From Paraphysomonas bandaiensis (Eukaryota > Protista > Chrysophyceae): 64,000 bases of DNA. The notes beneath the pieces are model-generated. The model was not told where the DNA came from and made no database searches. It saw only the letters and a program-made list of their open reading frames with translations. The stretch spans positions 1 through 64,000 of the forward strand of contig CBFFRP010000113.1 of NCBI GenBank assembly GCA_965644295.1, read 5' to 3'. Of the stretch, positions 11,677-24,228 are shown in pieces. Each line of letters starts with the position of its first letter. Position 1 is the first letter of the stretch. A program made the position numbers and the translations under genes.

Positions 11677-13723
11677 ATGCTTAGTAGAGCAGCCTCCCGC
11701 AGAGTTGTTTGCAATAGATCATGCAATAATGTATACAGCGTCACTCCTTTCCGGGCGGTGAGCTTGTTGAGAACGAGTCGATACAAGCCATCTCACCCAT
11801 ACATATATCCTGGACACGAAAAAGTTCAAGCTACCCCTATGGTGTATATTTCTGGAGAAGAAATGACACGGTATGGCATGGAACTTATCCTTGAGCATTG
11901 GATTCGACCCCACTTAGACATCTCTCGATGGGAAATGTTTGATCTGAGTTGTAAGGTTAGAGATGAGACTGATGATAAAGTTCTTGTCGACGCAGTTGAA
12001 GCTGGTTCTAGAATCTGTGCTATTTTTAAAGAACCTACAATTACTCCATCAGCGAAGCAAGTGAAGGAATTCGGCTTGAAGAAACCACTCAGTAGCCCGA
12101 ATGGTGTAATGAGGAAAGGCTGGAATGGCATCTCTATATCACGAGATACCATCCATATTCCAGACGTTGAACTAGGGTATCACAAACCTGTATTTTTTGA
12201 TAGGCATGCAGTTGGGGGAGAATATGGCGCTGGTTGGAAGCAGGTTGGAGCGGGTCGATTGCTGACACTTTTCTTTCCTGAGGATGGCAGCTCCCCAACG
12301 TTTGTAGACGATCGAGTTCTTTGTGACGATGAAAATGTCGCAGTCACGTATCACAATCCTCTCGACAATGTACCTCAGATGGCGCACCATTTTTTTAGTA
12401 GGTGCCTTGAAGCAAAGGTTTCGATATACTTGTTTACGTCCCCTGCGATCTGAACCATGTATAGGTGGTACCATATGTTGTTACCAAGAAAACAGTCTTC
12501 AAATGGCAAGAAGGATTCTGGGTGAAAATGAAGGAAGTCTTCGATGAGCACTATAGTGCAAAATTCAAGGAAGCTGGTATTATTCCTGATGGGAAATTGG
12601 AGCATCTTATCTCCGATGCTGCAACAATGCAAATTATCCGTTGGACCAAAGGAGGGTTTGGAATGGCAGCTCACAATTACGATGGTGATATGCTTACAGA
12701 TGAAATAGCTCAGGTATATATTTTTCTACAAGTTCTGTTGGGAGCTTAGTATTCATTATATATGCACTTGCGTTCAGGTTCATAGGTCGCCTGGATTCAT
12801 TACATCTAATTTAGTTGGACGCACCAACGATGGGAGAATCATAAGGGGTAAGCACTTCGCAATCAAAGCATTCTTTCATCATACTCTAATACACGATGTT
12901 ATGTATCCTGAATTTTTATTCTGTATTATGTAGAGTTTGAAGCATCACATGGTACCGTGACGGATTTGTATCATGCCCACCTCAGAGGGGAACAAACAAG
13001 TTTAAATCCACTTGGATTAGCAGAGGCATTGATCGGTAATTTGTTTACCACAACTTTTGTACGCCGTTTTTGACAACTCTTATGGCATATAGGTGCCATA
13101 GATCATTCTGCACGCATATATGAGAACCAGGGTATGTAGCATTGCATCAAATATAGTTGCGGATGTTAAGATATATTTTATCCGTGTAGACAATAACTCG
13201 TCCACTGCGGTATTGAAATTCACCAGTCAGCTGCGTCGGGCAGTGTACAATACCTTCCGTTACGGCCAGGGAACCCGTGATATGGCCGGTCCTAAAGGAC
13301 TTACAACAGAACAATTTGTTCATAAGGTTTGTTTTCTCTTATATGGGTTGTATTTGTACTTTCATATTTTAAATACGTGCATACCGGGCATTGCTTTCTG
13401 GAATAATGTATATTTTCAAGGTTGCATGGAGATTGTGTAGATACCTTGCCGCAGAGGAGGACGAAGAGGTTATGGATGGAATCATGTCGCCAGATAGACG
13501 ATTTCAGAAGAGTTACAACGTCGATAAGGAAGCTCTCGAGTCTTTATTCAAAGAATATGATACGGATAACTCTGGAAAAATTGGAAAGGAAGAGCTCGAG
13601 AAAGTCCTTGTCAAGCTTGGTGTTGCTCCATTGAAACATCCAGAAAGTCGGTTTAGTGCTGTCGAAGGCAGAAACGCAGACAATGGTGATGACAACACTG
13701 ATGACAGTGCAGAAGAAGCATGA
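11677..13723 (+). CDS. IDH: Type II isocitrate dehydrogenase, probably NAD+-specific, with a mitochondrial-type presequence and C-terminal EF-hand
   Basis: MVYISGEEMTR, KEPTITP, SPNG..R, RHAVGGEY, HNYDGDMLTD, EASHGTVTDL across GT-AG exons; EF loop DTDNSGKIGKEEL. Confidence 0.93.
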
Positions 13724-14878
13724 ATTGATACGGAATGTCGCTGTTTTATCTGTGGTGAGAAAGTGTAGATGTACGCTGATATTCTTTAGGATTTTCAGTG
13801 ATTAACGATTAACTAAAAAGTGCTGCAATTAATTAAATCGTGATGGTGGTGTATTTAGTTCGGTATATGGTATGTGTGCTACTATGTGTTTGTTGTTTGA
13901 ACGAAATCAGTACTCTATACGAAGTATATTACATATTCTGAATAGTATAGCAGAAGAGTGATGTAGGTCTGCATGTCTGCATACCAACCATTGGTATGGA
14001 ACATCTCTCATGTATTCACGTGACAAGGAAAGGAAACTGTTAAATCAAAAGTCTTGGAAAGCCAAAGATATATTTCTAATTGTCTTGTATCTTGTTTGGC
14101 AGATTAGGATCTCTGAATGTCTTTTGCATTCCTCTGTTTTCTTTCCTTCCCAGGCATTAGCATATCCAGATACTGTATATACGAGGCACCAGCGAGCATC
14201 TTCAACTGTTTATTGACTCCATAACTCTTAAAGCCGTCACTAAACCCTCAGTTCTTATACACAGCCAGATATCTCTTCATTCTGATAGCATCCGTCCAGG
14301 AACTACTGGGATGTTTTCGATCAGGGGAAACGTTTTTCTTTCTTTTGAACATCGATATCAGTTTACTATCCACACACACCTGTGTATGATATTATGACCT
14401 CGTTGTTATTGTTCAGTTTAGCTAACTGGATACTGAACTCCTGCGTCAGTGTACCGCGTATATTGTCCCCATACGATATCGTACGTACGAAGTAGTATGC
14501 CTATATTCAACTATCACTGTAAATATCCTCAATTTGCACATCCAAAAAGTTAGAATTTTACGAGTTTTTTTGTTAAGAATATCTGACAACAATTCAAACT
14601 GAAAACCGTTTTTTTCTGCTGACATGTCCACATACAGCAGTTGGTAGCTACAGCTATACATGTGTGTACATACTGCTGCTGTAAAGACAGCTGTGTATGT
14701 TGTGTATGTTGAGGGTGCAGTGCTGATATTTAAACAAACAGAGAGAGAGAGCAGAGCGTTCACACCGCAGTATGGAGCTGTTCTGATACCTAACATGCTT
14801 GGCATGTATTGATATTGTGTTTCTGCTCATCCAGCTCTCTGTTCTTACATGAGAATGTATATGTAAGACGCCGTTATC

Positions 14879-16099
14879 ATGCATCGTCGACGCCCTGACG
14901 CATATGCGGTTCAGACCTCGACTAAAGCTGACCTTCAGAAAAGAATGGATTCTATGCTACAAGCATGTAATAGTGCGTGTCAAAGGCGGAAGCAAACTCC
15001 TGATAGAAGCAACAGGAAGGCTTTGAGTGACGGCCATCTTGTACGACCTGAATCACTGCTGACTCAGACAACTTCTAATGTGGCACCACAGTCTTTGTCC
15101 ATTCAAAGTAATAGGATCCCTTCGGCCTCACCGTTGATAAAAGATAATTCAAATAATGGAGCCGCTTCCAGGATGAAGAAAAAGAGTAATGGTGTTGATC
15201 CCATGCAGAATATTTATGGCAGACCTTCGCCGCGTGGTGCCTCATCGCCCCCTGTTACCATGCAATCTCCCAGAAATATGAATACCCCGCCGCTAACTCC
15301 GAAAAGTATTCTGACCAAACCGTGTACATCAAAGAATGCGACCGGAAAGCGTGTAAGGTTTAATACTGATTTGTTGTCAACAGAGCCTACCCACGCATAC
15401 AATACCATGGAATCTGTGAATGGATCTATCGCTCTCCCCAGGGTAGAGAAAAAATCTTCTGCGAAATCAAGAAAAGTTCCGCTCTTCCAACCTCCAACAA
15501 GACCTACGCGCCCACCATTATCTGAACAACTCTCTGCAATAGCAAACAAAGCTAGCAACATCACTATGGACATCAAGCTCAAAGCTGGAATGGACGAGGA
15601 CTGTACAAATAATGGAGAGGTCCCTCTTCTGACGTTTCCAGTTAAGAATTTTACAGTCGGAACTCTGCAATGCAGGTACTGTAATGATCATGTCGAGTAT
15701 TCTCGCATATTGGCATACTGCTGTGCTCTCTGTTTAAAAGAATATTGAATAAGTCAATGTATGTATAATCGCCCTTTTTGTTCATGTAGATTTCCTTCCC
15801 CTGCCGTTTTCTACAACAACAGGCTGGAGTATGTCTTTCATCACCCATTCCAAGCTGCAGAAATAAAGTTGGTTTTGTATTACAAGGACATGCAGTGTTT
15901 GGCTCTATCACCCAATCCTCAACCTGGGAAAATGTACTTCCGCGTCCCGAGACGACTCGTTCACTTTGCATCGGATTATGACCCCGCAAAGCATTTCGTG
16001 GTTTTGTTTCTCTCCTCCTCTCTTTCTCTGCAGTCATTACGCAATGAAATCTTGCCTGTTATTGCTGGGTTATCTGGGGGTTCGACGATGAAATTCTGA
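14879..16099 (+). CDS. Hypothetical protein (disordered N-terminus, globular C-terminal domain), 2 exons
   Basis: 289-aa ORF spliced (GT ~15677 to AG ~15789) to a second exon encoding FPSPAVFYNNRLEYVFHHPF...DYDPAKHFVV. Confidence 0.7.
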
Positions 16100-16765
16100 T
16101 AACTACCACCAACACTTTGGTCAACTATAACATGTCATATCAGCATCATTCCGCCTTTATTGCTCGGAAACAATCTTCGTTTTATATTGCCTTGTATGGG
16201 TATTATTTGTGTGTTTTTAGTATGTATAATGTCTTGTTCAGGACATGGTATTATACAGTACGAAGAAGTAGAAACTGAGATATCGGATTTCTTTTCAACG
16301 CTGTTCATTTTTTAATATGTAAAATTAAGTGCTACGTTCACTAGTTTGATTTTTTCAGTGAAAAAGAAATAGGTCAACCGATTGTCTATACAATAAGTAT
16401 TATAGAGAAGTAGTATATAATCGACAATTTGAATAATATCTTCAGGGTTGGTAATTACTAATTACGTAATGGTGCAATGTGCAACTATTCGGCTATTTTT
16501 CTGTAAAAATTCGGTACACTACCGACATACGAGGGGAAGTGATAGCATAAAAAATTACCATGGGGCGAATCAGAAATGTAAAACTATCATTCACACTGAC
16601 AGTTTATATATCGCAAAGCGTAATTGAAAGTGAAAATAGTAATATCTTTAATTATATGAAAAAACACAACAATAATCTTTAATAATGCTGCATAGTCACA
16701 TATTCAACACGATATATAATTCGCGAATTAATTTAAAAGTGCAATGCCCTGCCTATAGAAGTGTG

Positions 16766-18049
16766 TTACGACGCAATGGCCACGCAAACGGCGCCTGATA
16801 TTAATATTGCGCCACCCACAAAGAAAACTGTAATTTCTTGTCCTTTGATTTCCTTGAATACCACAATACCCCAGACTCCTGTAGAAGTCCATTATAAGTG
16901 CACAACTTACGCATATTTACTACAATTCATTCCACAGCATGAGCAAATACCTGCCACGAATAAAGCACATTGCAAGATTGGATACGCTACACCGTATCCC
17001 AAACTAGGAATAGCAATAACGGCCAGTATGTTAGAGACATTCCACAGTAACCCTACGTATAATATGACAAAGTTAGGGATAACAAGGTAGAGAGGAATCG
17101 TTTATACAACGAACACATATGCTTCACTTAAATGATATTAATTTAATAATAATATTCAACGTTATATTTATACCATACTGGATCGTATACCGCTTATTAA
17201 ATTAATTCACGGATGTGACGAACCTGATAGTATCCCAGTAGGAAGCGTATTTAACTGTAGAGGGGGGAGGTCGTCCACGCAGGAAAACCATACAAGACAT
17301 AATATTGGCGAACCTATCATAGCACCAAGTCCAAAAGAGGGAATAAATGCTAACCCAGCTTCTGCAGGTGATGCATAGTGACTAGGGGCTAGAATAGACC
17401 CTCCACTGAATCCCACAAGTACTGCCCACAAAATCCCCACCAACCTATCACCGGTGGGGGCATCAGAACTAGAGCGTCGCCCCACCAATTCAATCGATAA
17501 GGTCTTATTAGATGAAAACGATTCCTCGTTTAACGGCATAGTTGCTAGATCATTACCTTGTCTTAGTTTGTTGACTACATCAGAAAGATTTTTATTACAA
17601 GCAATGCACACCACACCAGCAATGAGGAGAAGCACACCAATAACGCTCAAAGCTATATTGCTAACCCCTTCCTGAAACACTACAACCCCCCAAATGTAAG
17701 AAACAAGTATAGCGGTACCCCCAAATACACCTTGAGATAGTGCGACTCCGATATTTTTGATGGCCTGAAATGAAGCACCCAATGCAACAACAAGTAACAG
17801 CCCCGCAATCACACCGAGCCAAGAAAATGAAAAAACTGTGCCGGCATCATCATCGTCTACAACTTCCTTGTTCAGATAAAGAAATGGAATGACCAGAAGG
17901 CTACTTAGAAACACCCCAATAGACACATACTGAGTGAATAAGATGGGATGCAGATTGTACTTCGCCACACTCTCGAACTTATAAGGAGATGTAAAGCTAC
18001 CGTTAAATACAGCAGATAAACCTGCAGCTATGTAGCCAAGTGCACTCAT
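16766..18049 (-). CDS. TMEM144-like DMT-superfamily membrane transporter, 3 exons
   Basis: About 10 hydrophobic helices; AVFNGSF, GVALSQGVFGG, WGVVVFQE; downstream exons WNVSNI...GVAYPILQCALFVAG / WGIVVFKEIKG; stop at 16766. Confidence 0.8.
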
Positions 18050-18101
18050 GGCAGGTCAACGATTGTATAATGCTCCCAGAACCCAAAGATCCTGAAGAGA
18101 G

Positions 18102-18759
18102 TGTATGTATGTATGTATGTATGTATGTATGTATGCATGTATGTATGTATGTATGTATGTATGTATGTATGTATGTATGTATGTATGTATGTATGTATGT
18201 ATGTATGTATGTATGTATGTATGTATGTATGTATGTATGTATGTATGTATGTATGTATGTATGTATGTATGTATGTATGTATGTATGTATGTATGTATGT
18301 ATGTATGTATGTATGTATGTATGTATGTATGTATGTATGTATGTATGCATGTATGTATGTATGTATGTATGTATGTATGTATGTATGTATGTATGTATGT
18401 ATGGATGTATGTATGTATGTATGTATGTATGTATGTATGTATGTATGTATGTATGTATGTATGTATGTATGTATGTATGTATGTATGTATGTATGTATGT
18501 ATGTATGTATGTATGTATGTATGTATGTATGTATGTATGTATGTATGTATGTATGTATGTATGTATGTATGTATGTATGTATGTATGTATGTATGTATGT
18601 ATGTATGTATGTATGTATGTATGTATGTATGTATGTATGTATGTATGTATGTATGTATGTATGTATGTATGTATGTATGTATGTATGTATGTATGTATGT
18701 ATGTATGTATGTATGTATGTATGTATGTATGTATGTATGTATGTATGTATGTATATATG

Positions 18760-18793
<34 letters not shown>

Positions 18794-18880
18794 TGTATGT
18801 ATGTATGTATGTATGTATGTATGTATGTATGTTTGTATGAATGTATATGTAGGTAGGTATGTAGGTACGTATGGATGCAT
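18102..18880. repeat. (ATGT)n tetranucleotide microsatellite, ~730 bp plus degenerate tail
   Basis: Near-perfect tandem ATGT with rare variant units. Confidence 0.99.
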
Positions 18881-18941
18881 GTTATTATGGATCAAGTGAA
18901 GTTGTTGAACTTCTTCTAATATCAGTATCTGAAGTGTCGTA

Positions 18942-19155
18942 ATGAGAGCTGGTGTTGTGGTGTTGGGAGGGTTATTCGTATCAGTGGGTGCTATTGATAA
19001 TGGGAAGGGACTCACGCCTGTGAGTGTGTGATATGATATGCGTGTGCTTATCTTATTAGTGTTGTAGCCAATGGGATGGAGGAGCTGGAATTTGTTTGGA
19101 GCAGATGTGAACCAGGAGTTAATTCAGTCTCAGGTGTTAGTTGAATTCACTGTAC

Positions 19156-19191
<36 letters not shown>

Positions 19192-21238
19192 GAGTGACTC
19201 ATGTACGGTTGGTGGTCAGATGGATGGCATGGTGTCTCGTAAGCGTACTGTGAATGGAGTTCCGACCTCTCTTCTTGATCTTGGGTACAGTGATGTGGGA
19301 TTAGACGATGCCTGGTAAGTTTATCTTCTATAGTTCTGAGTTATAGTGATTGTAATATTTTAAATGAGTTCGAACGTTTGTCTCATGTAGCACAGTGAGT
19401 GAAGTATTTAACTGAGCCTCCTTGTTATATACAGGCAACTTTGCGGTGACTATGGGTCGGAGCATTTTACATATCACGATGAGAGCGGTAAACCTGTTGT
19501 TGATACTTTACTATTTCCAGATTTCAACGCAATGACGAGCTATGCTCATTCCTATGGATTGACTGCGGGGTATTTCTAAACTAGTATATTATTGCCTACT
19601 CTACTGTACTCATATGAACCGCACAATTATACTGTGTACTTTGTATTGTGGTTAAAATATTTGATATACTTTTTTGCAAAGATACTACACTGTTGTTAAT
19701 ATATCGCACGGTAACAGATGGTATGCGAATAATTGTATATGTGAGGACCATTGCAACAGCGACGCGTGCTATCAACAGGATGTCGAAGCGCTAATATCGT
19801 ATGGATTTGATAGCGTTAAACTTGATGCTTGTGGCAAAGAGGTGAGCTTAGCTTCTTCGTTTCTGACCATAAGCGCCACTTAAGCTCTGATAAAATAGTT
19901 GGACCTCCAGAAGTGGTCGGATCTCATTGCTGCAACCGGAAAATCGATCCTGATTGAGAACTGTCACTGGGGTAATATAAATTTGCATGGCTTTGAGTAT
20001 ATGCACATGATATTTGCACAGTATGATTATTCTGTGATGGTGTCTGTGTATTGTGCTGCCAATTGAAGTCACTGTTGTATCTTGTCATAGGTTTTTCTCG
20101 TCCCAATGAAACATGGTGCCCGTTCAACTACTACAGAACTTCCATGGATGTGCGTGCTTCTTATCAATCGGTATTAAAGAACCTGATGTCCACAATACCA
20201 TTTGCCAAAAAGAACCTTTCCACGCCTGGTTGTTGGGGTTACCCAGGTATGGTATTGATTGAGCTGTGTTCGATTGTTTTTGTAGAAGCTATAACGAAAT
20301 AGCAAGACATAAATTTGCTGTATATATGTTAATTTATGCTTTACTATTGCTGGCATATATGTTTGCGTGCTGCTGTAAATTAATATTTTCGGGTATGTTC
20401 CTGCTGTGATATATATTGTACAGATATGCTTGAGGTTGGGTGTCAGAACGGCCCAGGGGGTGAGCATGATCCCGGATTGTCATTCGTGGAGGTACCATCT
20501 GTTGAACTTAAGAAGCTGTTATGTATGTCACGTGTGCGTGGGAGTGGTCTATACTGTAGAACTATTTGCATGATAGTGATGAAAACACAGCGTGTTTGGA
20601 CGTTGTTGCAACACTTGATACCACACGGCTGCTGTATTCATGGGTGCATAATTCTCACTTGTGGAATCTTAAATGATAGGCTAGAACCCACTTTGGAGCA
20701 TGGTGTATTGTGTCATCGCCACTCATTTTGTCCCACGACACGATGAATGATACTGTAACGGATGAAATATGGCCAATTATTTCGAATACAGAGGCTATTT
20801 CAATAAACCAGGCATATGCTGGAGATTCTGGTATATTATTGTGACTATTCATAACGTAATTGCACAAATGCGTTATAGTATTTCTGACTGTTTCTGTGCA
20901 TGTACTACACAGGATCTCTCTTTATGACATCTCGCGACACTGTTGAGTTGCGCTCCCGCGATGAAGAGGACTCCGAACGAACAATTGTGGCATCTTGGCA
21001 ACAATGGTCTAAGAAATTGTCTGATTCGAAAGCTGCTGTCCTGATAATGAATAATGCCGACTCTGTACAAGAAGTTACTCTTGTGTTCAAAACTATTCCA
21101 ACTTTCGAGGGCAAGGGTATGACAGAATTTTCAATTCGAGATATTTGGGAACACACCGATCTTGGAACGTTTGATGGGTCCTACTCTGTATCATTGGAGT
21201 CCCATGATTCTGCCTTCCTTGTGTTATCAGCGGTATGA
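18942..21238 (+). CDS. Secreted alpha-galactosidase, glycoside hydrolase family 27, multi-exon
   Basis: Signal peptide + IDNGKGLTP/PMGWRSWN, GLDDAW, YGFDSVKLDAC, YYRTSMD, WGYPDMLEVG, HFGAWCIVSSPL, C-terminal IRDIWEH beta-sandwich. Confidence 0.93.
19157..19191. repeat. (TGT)n trinucleotide repeat in an alpha-galactosidase intron
   Basis: About 11 TGT units. Confidence 0.9.
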
Positions 21239-22507
21239 GAACATGCAGATGTCATTGAATTTTGTCTCAACCAATATGGAGCGTTCCCATTTTACCCTGA
21301 TATATATGCCATATAACTTCATATGACTGAGGAAAATACCTATTCCCACTGCAAGATCTATGCTATGATACTGTGATATATGTCCCTTTTCACATTAGTG
21401 AAAATATAATATATTCAGCACCATGAATGCATTTTAACAAAACTGACATCATAATAATGATATTTCGTTTCACGACTTTATTTGTATGTTTCATGATAGT
21501 AAATAGATATTAATCTCTCTTCTGCTGCGACCGTGTGTGAATTGTCCCAACTCGTAGAGTGAGAAGTATCACATATAGAAACTGCCCTATTCTCATTAGC
21601 AAATCTGAAGAGTAGTTTATCACATTCTTTTGTTGTTTGTATTGAGTTCTTCACGACACAATATATATTACGCAATTTAAGTGAGTTAAATTGTGTGCAT
21701 TAGAGGGGAACCCAACTCATAGTTATAATGGAAGTAAATTCAGTTACTGATGTCTGACCATAGAAGATATATAATATGATTCACTGGTGTAACAACGTAG
21801 CGAGTGATAGTGCAGATGTGAGGATAGTGATGTTGTGCTGATGTTTTTAGCCAATATCATCAGGCCTAGGTATCAGCTCGAAATTTATCTGATAAAGTAG
21901 AATTGAAGAAATCATCTGGCGCTAGAGCCGAAGCAAACCTGCTAGACGAGACAGAGCAGCACAACGCAGATGTATTGGATGTTGTCAACCAGTAATGGAG
22001 GGCAAGGGGACTGGGATACAACGACGTCGTTTAACGAAGAATATCTAAAAAGGTGCAAGAAAAAAATATTCACGTCGTGTGCACAGGCCAACAAGATAAT
22101 TAAACACGCATTAAGAGGCATTAAACTGAAGGGTTGCAACACACAGTTTTTTTTGAAGCGTATCACAGAGGATATTTTAGTGTATATAAATTGCTCTTCA
22201 GTACTTCAGTAGAGGAATACAATTGTATGCTCTCATGTATATAATATATTCAGGTTAGAACAAAATAACCCAGAGCTAATCAAAAGACGACGTATAAAAG
22301 AGTATTTATTAGTGATGTTTGGGACTACAGTAGTGTCTTATATTATGACTGGAAGGACTTCAGAGCTAAACACAACGTCAGAGTGAAAATTCCAATAGCC
22401 GACGTGTGTGGTCTATAATTACGTACGTGTTACCATATACGCACTCCTGAGTAAAGTTTGACGCGTTACATCGGTCATTTTGGTCACAATGAAATGTCGA
22501 TTAAAAT

Positions 22508-22592
22508 CATGTTAAATTCCCGGAAGAATCTCTCCGGTATTCATATCCCTCAGAACACCATGAAACGATGCGTAACCAACGCTAAGAGCTCG
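22508..22592 (-). mobile_element. Degenerate 5'-head fragment of the SINE-like family
   Basis: Reverse complement ...CGCATCGTTTCATGGTGTTCTGAGGGATATGAATACCGGAGAGATTCTTCCGGGAA aligns with 23733-23790. Confidence 0.7.
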
Positions 22593-22639
22593 TTGAAAGT
22601 AGTTCTGAATGATCGTTTATGGTAAGAGCTAGCTATATA

Positions 22640-22795
22640 CCTGGTTGCACCATGGTGCTCGCAGCGATGCACAAGCAGTCCCGAGACGGTTGCCCGCCAC
22701 TAGTAGTATATAGCAAATCTAGTTATTAGCTAGTCTATAGACATAAACTAGTTTCTGTACGCAACCGTACTCATGTAATAATCAGACTTTCATAT
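22640..22795 (+). mobile_element. LINE 3' UTR remnant
   Basis: GGTTGCACCATGGTGCTCGCAGCGATGCACAAGCAGTCCCGAGAC and CTCATGTAATAATCAGA are shared with the 3' UTR of the LINE at 30300-31822. Confidence 0.75.
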
Positions 22796-23015
22796 ATAGC
22801 TATATACCATGAAGTTCGGTGGTTGCGTATTATCATATATATAGCAATATTATTACATATATTATAATATTATATTATAATATATAGTAGAATAATATGA
22901 GTATCTCCACCCAATTGGGTGGGAGTGTTGAGTTCTGCTGTTTGATACGATATATATATAATATTATTGTACAATTGAAACGAGTATATTTACCCTAGTT
23001 TGGGAACATATAGAT

Positions 23016-23415
23016 CCCTCTCAACGAAGTCGGGCTCGCACCGTTTCGAGGTGATGTAGGGGATAAGTATCGAAGAGATTTCTTTAGGAAACTACAACGT
23101 GAACCACATTCATAGACAGCAAATAATATTCTGCCCACAAACAATGGTCACTTGTGTAGACACCTCTTTTAATCCTTCTTGTCGAATAAACAGACATCAG
23201 AAAATAGGCCCTTCTAAAATGAGTATCCGGAACGTTTGGGCGCTGCTTGCTAAAGTCGAGCATCTGGGATGAGTAAATAATAAGGACTCAAAAGTCCTAA
23301 AGTCAATATATATCAACATTCTGCATTTGCTCACTGCATATGCTTTGAGCTATTGATAGCAACGATAATTGCACTCTGGTGCTTGCAGCGACACACAAAT
23401 AGTTTTCGTATTAAG
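23016..23415 (+). mobile_element. Diverged copy of the SINE-like non-autonomous retroelement
   Basis: Colinear with 23716-24228 from the same CCCTC start through the 3' stem-loop. Confidence 0.8.
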
Positions 23416-23715
23416 AGTATGTTGTGAAGTGTGTAGCTTTAAATGATAATTATTTCTTGAAATTATATTGTTTTTGAAACATGCCATTTTAAGACTTTTA
23501 CGAGTAATGTGAGAAATTTTGAGTGGAAAGTTTAGAAGTTAATTGGGGGATAACATTTGCAAAAGAATCTACTTAATACTACCTATTTGACTAACTGGCT
23601 AGGCAGTTAGCTATTATTCAACCTCGTCAAAAGGTTTAGTGAAATAATTATGCTCCACTGAAGTCAGGTTCTTTTCTATCGTATTTGAACATTCTATACT
23701 AATTAATGATGACTA

Positions 23716-23802
23716 CCCTCAACAAAGTTGAACTCGCACCTTTTCGTGGTGTTCTGGGGGATAAGTACCGGAGAGATTTTCTCTGGGAAACTAACGTGCG
23801 CC
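23716..23802 (+). ncRNA. Candidate HDV-like (delta-like) ribozyme fold at the element 5' end
   Basis: Helix order P1-P2-P3-L3-P3'-P1'-GG-P4-CUAA-P2' (see finding). L3 and the +1 base deviate from consensus. Confidence 0.5.
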
Positions 23803-24228
23803 GCAAAGATCGTCAGCAGATATTCTTCTGCCCACACATAGCCGAATGCTTGTGTGGTACAAGGGACACCAATAAGTGTCACTTGTGTAGACGTCTTTGG
23901 GCCCTGACGAATAAACAGGCATCCGAGAATGGGTCCACCTCAAGGGCATCCGGGACAGGGCCCACCTGAAGGGTAACCGGGGTATTGGGCTGCCTGCTGA
24001 AGTCAAGCATCCGGGATGTTCACCTTAAGAACTCAGAGCGGAAGTGGTCGCACCTTGGTGCTTGCGGCGACGCACAAGCAGCTTCCGTAGCGTTAAATAG
24101 TAGGATAAAAAATGTGTGTACTGATTAGTTACAGGTAGAGGTTCAACTAGTTTGTTTAGCATTCATCTAGCTACTAAGTTGGTGCAGGTTTTTAACGCCT
24201 ATTGCTAATAATAAGACTTTCAATAATG
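23716..24228 (+). mobile_element. Full-length SINE-like non-autonomous retroelement (~513 bp)
   Basis: Flanked by the 10-bp TSD ATGATGACTA (23706-23715, 24229-24238). Closely similar copy at 63551-64000 (-). Shares a 3' stem-loop and ACGCCTATTGCTAATAATAAGAC with a LINE. Confidence 0.88.

Noticed and set aside
18003-19015. Long MYVC/HTYI-repeat ORFs (also 26428-27340)
   Set aside because: These are translations of the (ATGT)n microsatellite, which has no stop codon in any frame; they are not genes.
21920-22420. Coding-like stretch (ORF 21970-22212)
   Set aside because: No recognizable motif and interrupted by stops; at most an unidentifiable pseudogene or TE relic.
22910-22990. PPT plus LTR start resembling 3178-3205 (CAATTGGGTGGGAGTGTTGAG)
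   Set aside because: Only ~25 bp of similarity with no LTR end or TSD; too weak to annotate.
23785-23912. Hammerhead ribozyme (GAAAC ... CTGACGA)
   Set aside because: No stem III/NUH pairing, and CTGACGA is not conserved in other copies (ATGACGA, TTGTCGA).
23706-23969. 87-aa Cys-containing ORF in the SINE-like element
   Set aside because: Its ATG lies in the TSD and the frame is not preserved in other copies.
24055-24085. Group II intron domain V-like hairpin (GNRA loop plus 2-nt bulge)
   Set aside because: No AGC/CGC catalytic triad, shorter stems, no domain VI; its context is a LINE/SINE 3' UTR.
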